Counted from the first letter of the whole stretch, positions 37,775 to 51,624 are shown. The stretch: 63,981 nt of DNA, filler included, from Octopus bimaculoides (GCF_001194135.2; 5 parts of 4 records of this genome joined end to end with filler, not necessarily neighbours in it), one strand, 5' to 3'. Notes: generated by a model not told the origin, from the letters alone. A program made the numbers and translations.

Positions 37775-38255
37775 CCCTATGACTCCTGGGGGGTCCATAT
37801 AAGATTTTGGAGGATCCACACAACAAAACGATAAATTGAGAATCCACAATGGAATTTTAAGGGCCCCAGAAAAAATTTTGCTTTAGATATATGCATTTAG
37901 CTGTATGCAAGAAACAGCTAGGTTTCTTACTCTACCATGTTACATGTTACCCCTCACGGTTTGTATAAGATTTTTTTGGGGTCCCTGTAACAAAATAGTA
38001 AATTGGATATCCATAATAGTATTTTAAGGGCCCCTGAAAAAATTTTGCTTTAGATGTATGTATAGGTATGTATTGAAAGAAACAGGTAGGGTTCTTTCTC
38101 TGACATTTTACAGAGTTCAACCCACACAAGTGAAAAGCAAAATAGGAATTTTGAAAGATAAGAAACTAGTTTCTAAACATTGAATGGCGATGAGGGTCCA
38201 CTATAATAAAATAGAAATCAGAGGGGTCCATAGATGAAAAAAATGGTTGAGAAAT
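37775..38255. mobile_element. hAT-type non-autonomous element, right end, with ~170-bp internal duplication
   Basis: Ends GGTTGAGAAATCCTG; duplicated block ...TTTTAAGGGCCCC.GAAAAAATTTTGCTTTAGAT at ~37855 and ~38025. Confidence 0.6.
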
Positions 38256-38419
38256 CCTGGTACTGCAGAGGCACTTTTATATATACATATATATATATAT
38301 ATATANNNNNNNNNNNNNNNNNNNNNNNNNNNNNNNNNNNNNNNNNNNNTTAATTAATTAANNNNNNNNNNNNNNNNNNNNNNNNNNNNNNNNNNNNNNN
38401 NNNNNATACATACATAACA

Positions 38420-38770
38420 CAGGATGTGTGCCTTTCTGTGTTTGTCATGCTGTTAAAACTCGAGATCTACCCAACCGATTTTAATGAAATTTTACACCTG
38501 CATTACTTAGGGTCCATGGAGTGTCATGGGCCAAAAAAACTGTTCAAATTCTTGCCTAATGCGGGCCCAGTGGCAGATAAATCGCATTTTAAAAGCATTT
38601 TCGCAGCGTTAAGGCCCGTAACTTGAAAAGTATATGGTCGTTTTCCTCAAAATTTGCAACAAACATTAATCAGGCTCCTCGAATTGTTGTTGACTAAAAA
38701 GAATTTCCGTCGTCGACTATACTCCTCACCCAAAGATACTGATTAATCATATTCGAATATACTGCTCTAG
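38420..38770 (+). mobile_element. Helitron/Helentron-associated (HINE/DINE-like) element fragment
   Basis: Motif (TGTC)n...AACTCGAGATCTACCCAACCGATTTTAATGAAATTTTACAC resembles the AACCGATTT..ATGAAATTT core of such elements. Confidence 0.5.
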
Positions 38771-39256
38771 GTTTTATCTATGTGTGCATGCATATATATA
38801 TATATGTTCTAACGTCCTGTACCCTGATATGCATCTATATACACATGTAGATGTAAGTATGTACATATATGTGTGTATACATGCATATATATTCTTTGTA
38901 TTATATATATATATATATATATATATNNNNNNNNNNNNNNNNNNNNNNNNNNNNNNNNNNNNNNNNNNNNNNNNNNNNNNNNNNNNNNNNNNNNNNNNNN
39001 NNNNNNNNNNNNNNNNNNNNNNNNNNNNNNNNNNNNNNNNNNNNNNNNNNNATACATATACGTTCAACCAGCGCGTGCGCAGACATATATACATGCATAC
39101 ACACATACATACATGCATAATACATACATACATACATACATACATTCATACATATATACATATGTATATAAGTCAAATATAAGGTTTAAGAATTATGTTA
39201 GGAAAATACGTGTTAAACACAGTATCGAAACCTCATTTCACGATAAGTCTCAAGTT

Positions 39257-39309
39257 GTATCTGCGGAGCACGTTCACCACTTATGACTACCAGGCATCAT
39301 CAGCGATAC
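39257..39309 (-). ncRNA. Hammerhead-like motif (family H2)
   Basis: Minus strand GTATCG-CTGATGA-TGCC-loop-GGT-GAA-CGTG-CTC-CGCAGATAC; stem I GTATC/GATAC; one A missing from GAAA. Confidence 0.42.
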
Positions 39310-39951
39310 TTAGGAAACATCGTTGTAACAACTCCAGGAATTCCAGGATGGACGTTGGGTATATATTAAAGATAAATAGAGAAGACGGAATGAACCAACA
39401 TTTTTTTTTTTATTTTACCACAATTGTTTCATCTTCAAGATGCACTTGTGGGCGTGGAACGATAGAGTAACATCAGATGTCACAGTTGCATAGGCAAGTG
39501 ACTCTGGAAAGAGATTGTGTAGCGGACAAGATTGAAAAATTTGAATACTTGGCACATTCTTCTTCAGCCAATTCTATCTACTTCTTTAAATTCCACTCGG
39601 AAAAGAAAGTGAGGCATGAGAGACAAGTTTGTTGAAAGGCGAAGAATAGTAAACGTAGTACGAGTAAACGTAGTACGAGTAATCTCTGAGCATGTGCTTG
39701 AAGGTTGAAAACCGACTGGTGGAAGAGAACTTTCGCCCTTGGTGACCAGGATGATTCACTCTTCGTGAGGCTACTTTGATTAGCCTTAAACAGGTGTCAT
39801 CACAGCTATTGAGGAATCTTTGCTATTTCCTTTTTTTAAACGTTTCATATCAACCTTCAATATGTTGTTCTTTGTAATGCCCAACTTTTATTTTTGTTCC
39901 TTGTGGATAATATGAAAGGACTATAATATCAAAAAGGATTATTATTATTAT

Positions 39952-40660
39952 TCAGTAGTTTTATATCTATCACGTGCTTTCACGGCACTACCGAGCGCAG
40001 CTCTGTGTGTTTTGGGTATGTGCTGTGGTTTGTTATGATGCTCTTATTTTCAGTGTATTGAAAGTGTTTTACGTAGGATGTGTGCGGTGCCTCGTAGTGA
40101 TATTTTCTGCGTGTTATATATACTTGTAAGTCCTGGTGTTTTTGTTATGTATTTGTCTGAATGTTTTCATACCTACTATGATAGGAATGGTTTCTGTTTT
40201 CAGGCTCCACATTAGAGTTACCTCTATTTCCATATCTTTGTATTTTTGAAGGTTTCTCCGTTTCTTATTTAAAGAAACATTGTCATCTGTTAGTATTGAC
40301 ACATCGATTAAAAAAAAAGAATTCTTTCTTGGTGATCTCTGACAACTATATTCAGCCTATTGGCCTTAATTTCTCTATCTGTGTGTATTGGCATATCCCA
40401 GAGTATGGTTGCTTTCTCATTTTCTGACCTTTTCTGGCATGTGCCCATCTTTTTTCTGTTGTTATATCCATAGTGCTGGCATAACTTCCAGTGTATATAG
40501 GTCCCAGCTCTGACGTGTCTATGAATATATTCTTTCTAAGCCAGGACTACGCAGCCAGAGACAATATCTTTTTCACCATCACCACATATTCTGCAGTTAC
40601 TTGTATTTCTTTTCATTACGTGTTTTTTGGGTGGTTTCTGGCAGGAAGGTTTTGATCTTG
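39952..40660 (-). mobile_element. R4/Dong-type LINE fragment (same family as 3339 and 14075)
   Basis: NCRICGDGE..IVSGC and DDNVSL...KYKDMEIEVTLMWSLKTETIPIIVG; 3' UTR ends in (TAA)n. Confidence 0.88.
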
Positions 40661-40829
40661 TGTTATTATCATCATCATCATTATTATTAAGTTTTTTTTC
40701 TTCTTTCTTTAAATTTTCTTCCATTTCTTNNNNNNNNNNNNNNNNNNNNNNNNNNNNNNNNNNNNNNNNNNNNTTAATTAATTAANNNNNNNNNNNNNNN
40801 NNNNNNNNNNNNNNNNNNNNNNNNNNNNN

Positions 40830-40876
<47 letters not shown>

Positions 40877-42011
40877 CATGCATATACATATATATATATA
40901 TATATCGTTGACGTTTTGTTGTACAAGGCCAATAAATCGAATATTTTTCTCGCCTAAGGTCAAAGAAACTAATATATATCCTGAAGGGAAAGGGAAAATA
41001 GAACCAATGATGTGCGAGTGGAAGACAAATCTAATTATCTTGGGAAACATTTGAAAAGCTATGATGATTCTTACGTATATATTTACACACATACACACAT
41101 CCATCCACACACAAAAACTTACACTCGCGCACACAGGCACCCATACATCTGAACTTACACACACACATGTATATATATATATATATATATNNNNNNNNNN
41201 NNNNNNNNNNNNNNNNNNNNNNNNNNNNNNNNNNNNNNNNNNNNNNNNNNNNNNNNNNNNNNNNNNNNNNNNNNNNNNNNNNNNNNNNNNNNNNNNNNNN
41301 NNNNNNNNNNNNNNNNNNNNNNNNNNNNNNNNNNNNNNNNNNNNNNNNNNNNNNNNNNNNNNNNNNNNNNNNNNNNNNNNNNNNNNNNNNNNNNNNNNNN
41401 NNNNATATATATGTGTGCGTGTGTGTGTGTGTGCGTGTGCTTATGTACACATACTTCTATTAATTTCCATGAGACACTACTAGTCTATTCTTGAACATTG
41501 ATTCTACTGTTTTATGATTTAATACCATAAAAACAATTTTATATTGTCTTTGAATATTTGAAGTATGACGAATTCAACATAAGGTAAAGCAGATGACTAC
41601 GATCCATTTGGTTCAATCTATAGGTTTTGTGCTTGTCGCTTCACCCATGACTTTCGAAATGATTCGTTGCTGGACTAATGCGAATAGAATTCACAATTGC
41701 GTATAAATAACTTTCGATATGAACAATGTCGATTTAAAATAGGCCAATATATTACATTCAGTTATATTGGCTATAATTTATTTCTCCTTTGTGTATGAAA
41801 TATATTTGTACGTTGACCAGTTCGCCATCATTTTGTGTTTCTAGTTCAGTACATTAGAACTCCATTTTCAGTAGGATTGTTGTATAATATATATTCTTAT
41901 CCTTTCCGAATTCACGAAATCATCGTCAATAACATAATTCTTTAGAATATACCTGTGTGTAATAACTAGCGAAATCAAAACCAATGATTTTCTTATAAGG
42001 TTTTTTGTGCG

Positions 42012-42056
<45 letters not shown>

Positions 42057-45000
42057 GTGTGCGTGTATGTGTGCGTACATGCGTGTATGTGCATGTGTGT
42101 CTGTGGCCGTGTCTTTTGACACACTGAGAAAATTGGAAACAATCATAGTTCATTAAGTAACAAGATATTTGGCGATCCCTTCACAACCTTCAACTACCTA
42201 TAAACATATTTGCTCAATCTCTTAATCTCTAGCAAATTGCTGGCTACTATTTCTAGCAAAGGGGATATATTGTTGCTCGTTCACATTGTTCATCACCATA
42301 TATTGCTGAAAATATTACTTATCCTTATCAATATACTTGTTGCTGCTGATTTCGTCAAAAATAGTTATTATACGTTAACGAAATTATTATTAGTAACATG
42401 AATGTTTGTGGATGAAATAATCGATTTAAAGAAGAACTGTTAGTTTTAGTATTAATTATAGCTACAATGGAAAACACAATCATAATTTTGACCGTTGTTA
42501 GCCTTTTATACAAAAGTAAAACGTATTGACGTAAATATAAAATCAAAAAGAATTTAAACCTGACATTTGAATTGAAAAAAATAAGTATAAGTCTATATCT
42601 GTTTGAGAAATTACATTTATAACAGTGAGAAGGGAGGAAGAGAGTGTCAGACAGAGAGAGACAGACAGGCAGTGGGACAGAGAAAGCGAGCATTCCATAG
42701 CACTCTTGGCAATGGCGCATAATTTTATCGTATTACAAGTAATTATAAATAGTGATTGTTCACATGATCACGTGTATCCTAATAATTCCGCTGGCATGTA
42801 AAACTGACTCAAAGTGTTTCACTGAGATGATGAAAACAAGCTGCGTATATTTCTTCGATACGGTAGCGATAGTTACCAGATGTTTATAAGGTTATATAAA
42901 TATCGATGAATATGATTATAACTGAATCAGCAAATTCAAAACGTTGAATATAGTTATCACGAAGTATTAAATGGAACACAAATAATCAATATAAGAAAAA
43001 CTTTGCAAGTAAGTTCAAAGAAACTTACAAGATTCCTATTAATTATTTGCCACAATGTTTGGTGAAAATGGTTATCTTCAACTTAGAAGTGGAAACCAAT
43101 CAAAAGCTAGATTTAAATAGACGTTTGCTTGCTCTGAACCCATTTTGCTATTTCGAAGAATGTTATCTGAGAATCATATATGCGAAATGAAAACTTAAGC
43201 AACAAGTAACATACGCGAACTATACCAAGCAAAATATCATCTCTGAAATAGGCTGATCCTTTTACTAAATTATTATAACGTAAACAATGTCAGCATTAAG
43301 GAATGCGAGAATATGTATAACAGTTGCAGTGTTTTACACAATATCTAAAGTACACCCTGAACACAGGCGCATGATCACACATTTACAGAATGATAACGTA
43401 ATGCATAAGACGTTTTCATGTTTGATTTCTATAATTTGCTTCTTTATCACGAAATAATCAAAAGTTTATTCTATTAATAGTCTAAGAGTTGCAAACAAAA
43501 TAACACACACAAACAATAGACATAAAGGAGAATTTTTTGGTAGATAGTAATATTAAATGTCGAGATACTATAATGCCTACTGTAACGTGTGAGGTACAGT
43601 TGTTTAAGTTTATGAAGAAATTTCATTCATAGCGTTGTAACAACTTAGCTACAGTGTTGATGAAATACACCAGCAAATGCATTGGAATATATCAGGGCTT
43701 CCATAAACATCGTACATATCTATCATGCTCTCGAAATTAAAATTAGAAAGAGTAAACTAAGATACATGTTTTTACGGAATCAGGTAAACATAGGGCAGTT
43801 CAATGTTTTGGACACTGAACTTTCATAAACAAAAAGAAAATAGGAAGTTGCTACAGAAGTAATAGTTTAGGATGAAATCGCTATGTTAGAGGATAAACTT
43901 GACTGCGGAATGTGTGCAGATGAAATGTGAGATTTATGCAAATTAGAGCATCCAACAAAATAAAGTGTGGATAAGAGTAGTAACTAATATAGCATCAGGG
44001 AATACGCAGGTTAATTCTCCGGAGGTTCCTATGGAGGGAGTGAAATTAGCCAGAAACTGCCGTGTGAAAATACGTTAGAGAGCAGTATGATATAGATATG
44101 GCAATATTACTCCCTTTTATAGTATGAGAAATTTTTTCTACTTGGTGACTGTCCGTGAATTTCTCTTTAGAATTTAAAATACGTCACAAACGTATTTTAG
44201 CTTATCTAAAGTTTGTTTATTCCTTCACATGCTTGACGTTCATGCTACTATATTTAGCCCGACAACGCGGTTGAATAGCGCAAATCAGTCACGTATGTTA
44301 ACAGATTTCAAGTTAAAGCTACGGCCTCGGATCTACATGGGTTATCTTTCTTTTCTACTTCCCAGTAAGGAAGGCTAAAGGCCCAGAAACCGGTGTTTGG
44401 GAATTCGATGGGGGGGGGGGGTAGCCCTGGGCACATATGGAGCTTTAACACATTTTACCATGTAAGAGAATTTTTCTCTCAACATCATCTGCATTGGATT
44501 TGCCTTTAAAAGTTAAAATATGTCAGAAAAATATTTTAACTAACGTACTCTTCGTTTATTTATAATTACTGCTTCGTGCTGGTGCTGCTACACATACATA
44601 CATACATACATACATACATACATACATACATACATACATACATACATACATACATACATACATACATTCATACATACATACAGTTGGATGAAGTGCCAGG
44701 CATTTTAGTATTTCCAGAGGTTAGTGGATAGGAAGCAATTGATAGAGCATGTATAGAGTGGCTAACACATACGAGTAAGGGAGAGAGAAATGTATGTAGA
44801 ACGGACTAAATAGTGAATGAAGACAAACAAAAAGAGAAAAAAAAATAATTCGGAAAAGTGGAAAACAGAAGAAAGAAATATAGTTTGAACAACTCCAAAA
44901 GAATAAATATGTATATAAACCAGTGATAAAGTGAACTGAATATATAAATAAATAATAAACCCAAAAGATAAAGGAAGGAGAAGAGGAAAATAAGAATGCA

Positions 45001-45171
45001 TAGTGTGCAAGAAGTCATAGGGAGAAAGAGCGTATAGGAGAGAGTGATAGGGAAGTGATGGATTAGAAACATAGGAGTCAGTTAACATATGGAATGGAAG
45101 CAACAACTATTTGGAAATGAATGCAAAAATATACAGATAAATATATAATTAAGTGTTTGTCATGATCTCAC

Positions 45172-45228
45172 CCATGATTGGCACCCAAAGGCCATTTTCA
45201 TAGTTAAAGTAAAACCAAAAATCCGATT
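45172..45228 (-). CDS. Candidate 57-nt exon (SDFWFYFNYENGLWVPIM or NRIFGFTLTMKMAFGCQSW)
   Basis: gttaag| ... TGG|gtgaga; weak acceptor. Confidence 0.25.
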
Positions 45229-45908
45229 CTTAACATATATATATAAACTTTTTAGGTACAAACTTATAGATTTATACCAGCAGATTTGTCCTTGCATGCA
45301 GGAGAGAGACACCCTCACAAAATGCACACGCGCGCATGCACATACACATGCACACATACTCACACACACACGTACACACAAACACGCACACACGTATATA
45401 AGCACATAAGCACCAATAATATTAATTTGTGTTCACCGTAATTTCACCTCTACACATATACGTGAAAATGTGTTTTTACTTACATATTTGCATCTATTTT
45501 CCTGTGTCTGTTTCTATATAGATATTTGTGGCTGCACACGCGCACGCAAAAACACACGCACACCAGATGTCCTGTCTTGAAAAGAAAACAGTCTAAGAAA
45601 TGTGTATTTACATCGATTTCGTTATTTTATTGTAAACTGCCCGGCTTTTGTGTGAGCAGCAGCAGCAATGCTCCAACTGTTGGTGTAAGCAAGTGGTGGT
45701 GGTGGTGGTGGAAGATGGTATTACTAGCGTATGTTATTAGGTGACCGTAGTCGCCATTATGTAGAAGACCGCAGTCAGAACGGTGCTATTGAAATGTCTG
45801 AAACGCATACTAATTACTATGTCAGTCAATGGCCTTGATGACCATTAATAGACATAGATGATCATATGGTAAAAAAAAAAGCTTTGTAGAGACTGTAGAA
45901 GCTCCTCG

Positions 45909-45956
<48 letters not shown>

Positions 45957-46385
45957 NNNNNNNNNNNNNNNNNNNNNNNNNNNNNNNNNNNNNNNNNNNN
46001 NNNNNNNNNNNNNNNNNNNNNNNNNNNNNNNNNNNNNNNNNNNNNNNNNNNNNNNNNNNNNNNNNNNNNNNNNNNNNNNNNNNNNNNNNNNNNNNNNNNN
46101 NNNNNNNNNNNNNNNNNNNNNNNNNNNNNNNNNNNNNNNNNNNNNNNNNNNNNNNNNNNNNNNNNNNNNNNNNNNNNNNNNNNNNNNNNNNNNNNNNNNN
46201 NNNNNNNNNNNNNNNNNNNNNNNNNNNNNNNNNNNNNNNNNNNNNNNNNNNNNNNNNNNNNNNNNNNNNNNNNNNNNNNNNNNNNNNNNNNNNNNNNNNN
46301 NNNNNNNNNNNNNNNNNNNNNNNNNNNNNNNNNNNNNNNNNNNNNNNNNNNNNNNNNNNNNNNNNNNNNNNNNNNNNNNNNNNNN

Positions 46386-46432
<47 letters not shown>

Positions 46433-46559
46433 AAGTAACAGAGAGGGGGAGAGAGAGAGAGAGAACAGAAAGAATGAGTGAGGGTGTGTGTATGTGTGTG
46501 CACACATACAAGTGATCGGCAAAATAATGAAAATATTTTGTTGAAAAAAATCTTTTCTC

Positions 46560-46830
46560 TTTGATGATGTGATATCCACCATTTATCGTCGAAGTAATTT
46601 CTACAATTCTGGTCGGTTGTTGGGGTAATTTGGAACCATACATTAAGTAAGACCTGCTGTAATACTTTCAGCGAAGTTTTCGGGGAGAAGCACCTCTTCA
46701 TCTGCTCCTCCAATTTTCTCACTCAGTGCTCGATGATTTTGCGATCCGGTAATTAAGAACAATCCGTATGGTCTACTTCAGTTTTGTGTTCTCCGTACAA
46801 AGTATGAATCATATCAGCTGTGAGAATCAG
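46560..46830 (-). mobile_element. Tc1-like transposase C-terminal remnant
   Basis: LPDRKIIEH*VRKLEEQMKRCFSPKTSLKVLQQVLLNVWFQI...RIVEI..INGGY matches the Tc1 SPDLN.IE.LW...L...W..I...GG..Y pattern. Confidence 0.75.
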
Positions 46831-46862
46831 CTAAATATCGCCTAGTAAAATTGGACTATATT

Positions 46863-47070
46863 GGAGGCACATAGGCTAGTGATTAGTGCAGCGAGCTCGC
46901 ATTCGAGGGATCGCGGGTTCGAATCTCAGATTGAGCAATGTGTGTGTTTATGAGCGAAACACCTATGATCCTCGCGGCTCCAGCAGAAGGTAATGGCGAA
47001 CTTCTGCTGACTTTCTCTTACTCTTTCCTCTTGCATCTAGCAGCTCACCTGCGACGGGCCCTAACTGTAA
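46863..47070 (+). mobile_element. SINE family D head and body
   Basis: TAGGCTAGTGATTAG...GGGTTCGAATCTC. Confidence 0.8.
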
Positions 47071-47237
47071 CCATATATGCCAATGAAATGCTGAAGACTT
47101 TTTCTATTCCCGAGCGTATATGTATATACGTGGACTGGTCCATAAAAATAGCGATATGCTGTTGTTTCACCTACGAAACCACCATAACCATAAGAACGAC
47201 AAAGGATTAAACCTTTCATTCCAACTGGCTTTTTATG

Positions 47238-47316
<79 letters not shown>

Positions 47317-47475
47317 CGATGGAAGGAGCGTTCATATTTTATATCAACTAATCAATAGACTAGCTGAGTAAACGTATCAGTAACGTATCTCTATAATGTC
47401 TACTGTAAACAACTGTTAGCGAAATCTACTATAATAAAGAAAAAATATGTAATGACCATTATTTATACCTTGTCT

Positions 47476-47525
<50 letters not shown>

Positions 47526-47639
47526 CGTATGTATAAGCATATATATGACGTGTGTATATATATGCCAGATTTGACAAACGTTTATTCGTGTAGCCAGCCG
47601 GAACAACAGAGGACTATTTGTTTCAATAACTTTATATAT

Positions 47640-47733
<94 letters not shown>

Positions 47734-48085
47734 ATGTGTGCGCGCGCGCGTGTGTGTGTAGACGAGGTTTTGTTACAGTAGAAGAGACCTTGCACCACAG
47801 AGATTTATAGTATCGCATATTCCGCAATAATGCTCTCGTGGGAGTGATTCACTACATCAACCATGTTTTACAATTAGGTTTATGTGATTTAAATCAATGA
47901 TTTGAAACTCAAGCTGTGAATGTGAAGTAAATACATTGCAAATATATATTTCATTGCGTTGTCTACCTAGAAGATTTTTTTTCTCTCTCTTTCTACCCCA
48001 CCTCTATGAATACATTTATAAACATACATACACATGCACAGAAATACAAACACAGTTGCACACACAGTCACACATACACACACAC

Positions 48086-48124
<39 letters not shown>

Positions 48125-48173
48125 TATAGATATATATGTATATAGATATATATGTATGTATATGTATGTATGT

Positions 48174-48220
48174 CCGACGATGGCTTAACTGGGCGAAACT
48201 TAGAAGTCACTGTCAACAAC
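48174..48220 (+). ncRNA. Hammerhead-like motif (family H1)
   Basis: CCGACGATGGCTTAACTGGGCGAAACTTAGAAGTCACTGTC. Confidence 0.5.
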
Positions 48221-48325
48221 ATTGCTCTGTACGTATAATTAATTCGTACTCTACGAAAGTATTGTGTAGCACATCAGATTAATGTAAACTTGTATTCATT
48301 ATAACTGACCATAAGAAAAAAAAAC

Positions 48326-48370
<45 letters not shown>

Positions 48371-48372
<2 letters not shown>

Positions 48373-48918
48373 CGCCCGCATGCAGTACCAAGCAGTAGCT
48401 CTCATGGTTTCTGATCTTGATTGATTGTAGGTGTTATCATGTACATTGTTTTGTCTTGGTATAAAAAGATGGGCTACAGCAAATATTCTGCTCAATACCA
48501 CAGATTTGCTTGTCAGTTGTTTGACCTTAACCAGTTGAGCATGTCCCTTAGTGGCTGACGATATGTGCATCTCTGATCAAGAGCAGAAGTAGAGGGGGAG
48601 CATCATAGCCATGTGTTGAGGTTTCAATAATTCACCTTTGGAAACATGGGTGTTTTGCTCAACATCCTTAAACAAACCTTATTCAGGGACCTTTTGAGCG
48701 GGATGGGCTACTCGACCTGAAAAAAATTCTAACTAGGCCCCCACCTGCGAGGTCATGCGCTGTTTATCTTCATAGGAGATCACCATGTAGCGTGCATATG
48801 GTTGTGATGCATGTGCCTCGTGTACCCTTATCAGACGGGTAGTCATGATGGGTATATTGGGCTTCGTATATTTTACCCCAGTGTCACTTTGATGACATGC
48901 ACTGCTCTCTCACTCAGA
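48371..48918. repeat. ~550-bp GC-richer interspersed-repeat-like element directly after (TAA)n
   Basis: Abrupt compositional boundary after (AAT)n; no ORF; single copy in window. Confidence 0.5.
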
Positions 48919-49339
48919 GATCTGGATGATTGCACATTTACAGATTTTTATTAATATATCACATGTTTTTATAAATCATAAATTAGCACTTTCATCTACT
49001 CTAACCGATTCTTCAGATTTCAATGTTTTGGGAGGGTTTCGTCTCTTTATATAGTATTATGGAATGTGTAGCGGTGGGGAGAGAGAGGGGGGAAAAGAAA
49101 TGTGGGGTGTATAGGATAGTAAAAGAAGGTGAGGAATGGAGAGAAAGTGAGAGAGAATGTGTGTGTTTTTTTGTATGTGTGTGTGCGGGTGTGTGTGCCT
49201 GTGTATCTGAAATGAGTTTCAATGGAAAAAAGAATGAAGAGAGAAAGAAGAAAAAAACTGTGTTTACATCTATACAGCTGGTCAGTTCTTACAATAGAAG
49301 ATGAAACTGTATAAATGTAGACACATTTTTTTCCTCTTT

Positions 49340-49660
49340 CTTCTTTCTTTCAACGGAAGAGCCTGCTCGTGAAATTAACGTGCAAGTGGCTGAGCACTCC
49401 ACAGACGCACGTACCCTTAAAGTAGTTCTCGGGGATATTCAGCGTGACACAGTGTGACAAGGCTGACCCTTTGAATTACAGGCACAACAGAAAGAGGAAG
49501 AAAGAGTACAGTAGGATTCGCCCTCCCCCTGCCGGAACCTCGTGGGGCTTTAGGTGTTTTCGCTCAGTAAACACTCACAACGCCCGGTCTGGGAATCGAA
49601 ACCGCAATCTTATGACGGCGAGTACGCTGCCCTAACCAGTGGGCCATTGGGCCTCCACAC
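49340..49660 (-). mobile_element. tRNA-derived SINE family D
   Basis: Minus strand TGGCCCACTGGTTAG...GGTTTCGATTCCC; homologous to 46863-47070(+) and tail at 2190-2440(+). Confidence 0.8.
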
Positions 49661-49693
49661 ATACACACACACACACACACACACGCACATATA

Positions 49694-49729
<36 letters not shown>

Positions 49730-51020
49730 TGTGTGTGTGTGTATATATATATATATACGTATACACGTGTGTACGCGTGTGTATGCATATGTGCGTAAGG
49801 TATTTAGATTTCTGTGCTCTGAGCAATTCATTGCAACTTCTCTATGCTGAGGAAACTGAGACAAAATGCTAAATAGTTTGTTAACTATAATTCATGATAT
49901 TTAGAATTGAGGATTATGATAAGATGAACAGTAAAGCAAAAATTAAATGTAGTACCAAAAAGGAACGTGAACATACCTACGCATGCGTATAAAGATATTA
50001 AAATAGGGCAAGTGCCACCTCCTTATCTACCTGTCTCTATTTGGTGGCGCATACTGAGTTTAAAAATGTCCACCCATTCATACACTGTTTGAGTGTATCG
50101 TACACTTGAGAAATAAGTAACTAATCAACTATAATGTGTAGAGTGAATACAATTTTATTGATTATTAATTTTGCAATAGTACCGAAGTAGAATAGATTGT
50201 CTTTCTTGTTAAGTACAATAAAATTATGCATATCGTGAGAGAGAGAGAGAGGGGGAGAGAGAAAGAGAGAGAGAGTTACAGGAAAAGTCTGGCTTGACAC
50301 GACACATCGATAGCGATTGTGGTGTTACTGATCTCATTGTAAACAATTTTGTGGAATAAATATCTGGAACATTGCGCTTGACAGCTTTGATAGACTGACT
50401 ATATCTTTTCTGTAGTTTAGTACTTTATAGTTTATTAATGTGTAATATGGTACATACATCATAATTGCATCATGTTTCACTGTGTAAGAGTATTTCGTGC
50501 GCCCCCACCAAAATTATGCTTCATGTATATATTTTGCAATCTTAGTATCAATGAGATCACTGGATCCTTTGAGTTGTACTCTTGCTATTATATACAGACT
50601 CTTATTTCGCATACTATCATATAGTGACTAATTCCTTTTATACTTGCATCAGACTTTAATTCTTTCCTCATATACCACACAGTGTCATTCGCATTCTAGT
50701 GTCACTCGTTGTAATTACTACTCTCTTTCTCAGTATGTCTAAGATTTTGAATACGTATTACTTTTACAGACATTAAGGGATAATGGGAAAAAGATTTGAT
50801 TGCTATTTCTGGCGATTGACGCGGTCTCTAGATTTTTCCTCATTGACAGTGGTTATGACGTATTTCAAGTCGGTTTTAGTCGAAATGTTATTCTATGTCA
50901 CACTGGGCCAATGTCTCTGTCTAGCTGAGGATTATATCTTATAATGCTATAGTCAGTTCAAATTGTTGACATCTAATATTCAAAGAATCAAGAGCTACTG
51001 GTTTATTCTTGACACAGAAA

Positions 51021-51109
51021 TCATATCTTTAGTTGTAGAGTTAAATGTCTTATCTACATTTCATATCTTTAGTTGTAGAGTTAAATGTCTTATCTACATT
51101 TCATATCTT
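51021..51109. repeat. Perfect 40-bp tandem duplication
   Basis: TCATATCTTTAGTTGTAGAGTTAAATGTCTTATCTACATT x2 plus 9 nt. Confidence 0.95.
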
Positions 51110-51624
51110 ATCAGGTTCGCATCATGTTATTTTAAGAAAGATGAATAAAGATTATTCAAAGCGTCTCATTGTCGATATATCAGTGAGGTTATGATGTTAC
51201 GTTGGAACATTACAGGGTCTTCAATTATTGGATAGATATAATCAATTAAATCAGCCTCAGTACATCAGTGCTACATTATTTCAAACATCCTGTAGTGGTG
51301 AAACGCAAAGCTGACACCGATAGCAACTGAAATCAGAAATTAATGGTCCGAAACTAAATACTAGTAGTAATTTCACCTGAGACTAGCTGATTCTACCAAT
51401 CCGACTTGATGCTTAGCTGAGATACAATATCACATTACTGAGGTAATGTTATTTATTATATGAATCCCATTGTGGGATTAGCAATTAATTTAACGACGCT
51501 TAAAATATGAATATTAAAATCCCCGTCGGTGATATTCGAAATGAAACTTTAAAAGGTGAAATGCACTTCCACTTCTGTGAAGCTCTGCTAATGCAGTTTA
51601 TTAGCTACCCACGTCGAAATTAAT

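Noticed and set aside
46863-46940. tRNA-like A and B boxes
   Set aside because: No acceptor stem or cloverleaf; continues into a SINE body, so not a tRNA gene
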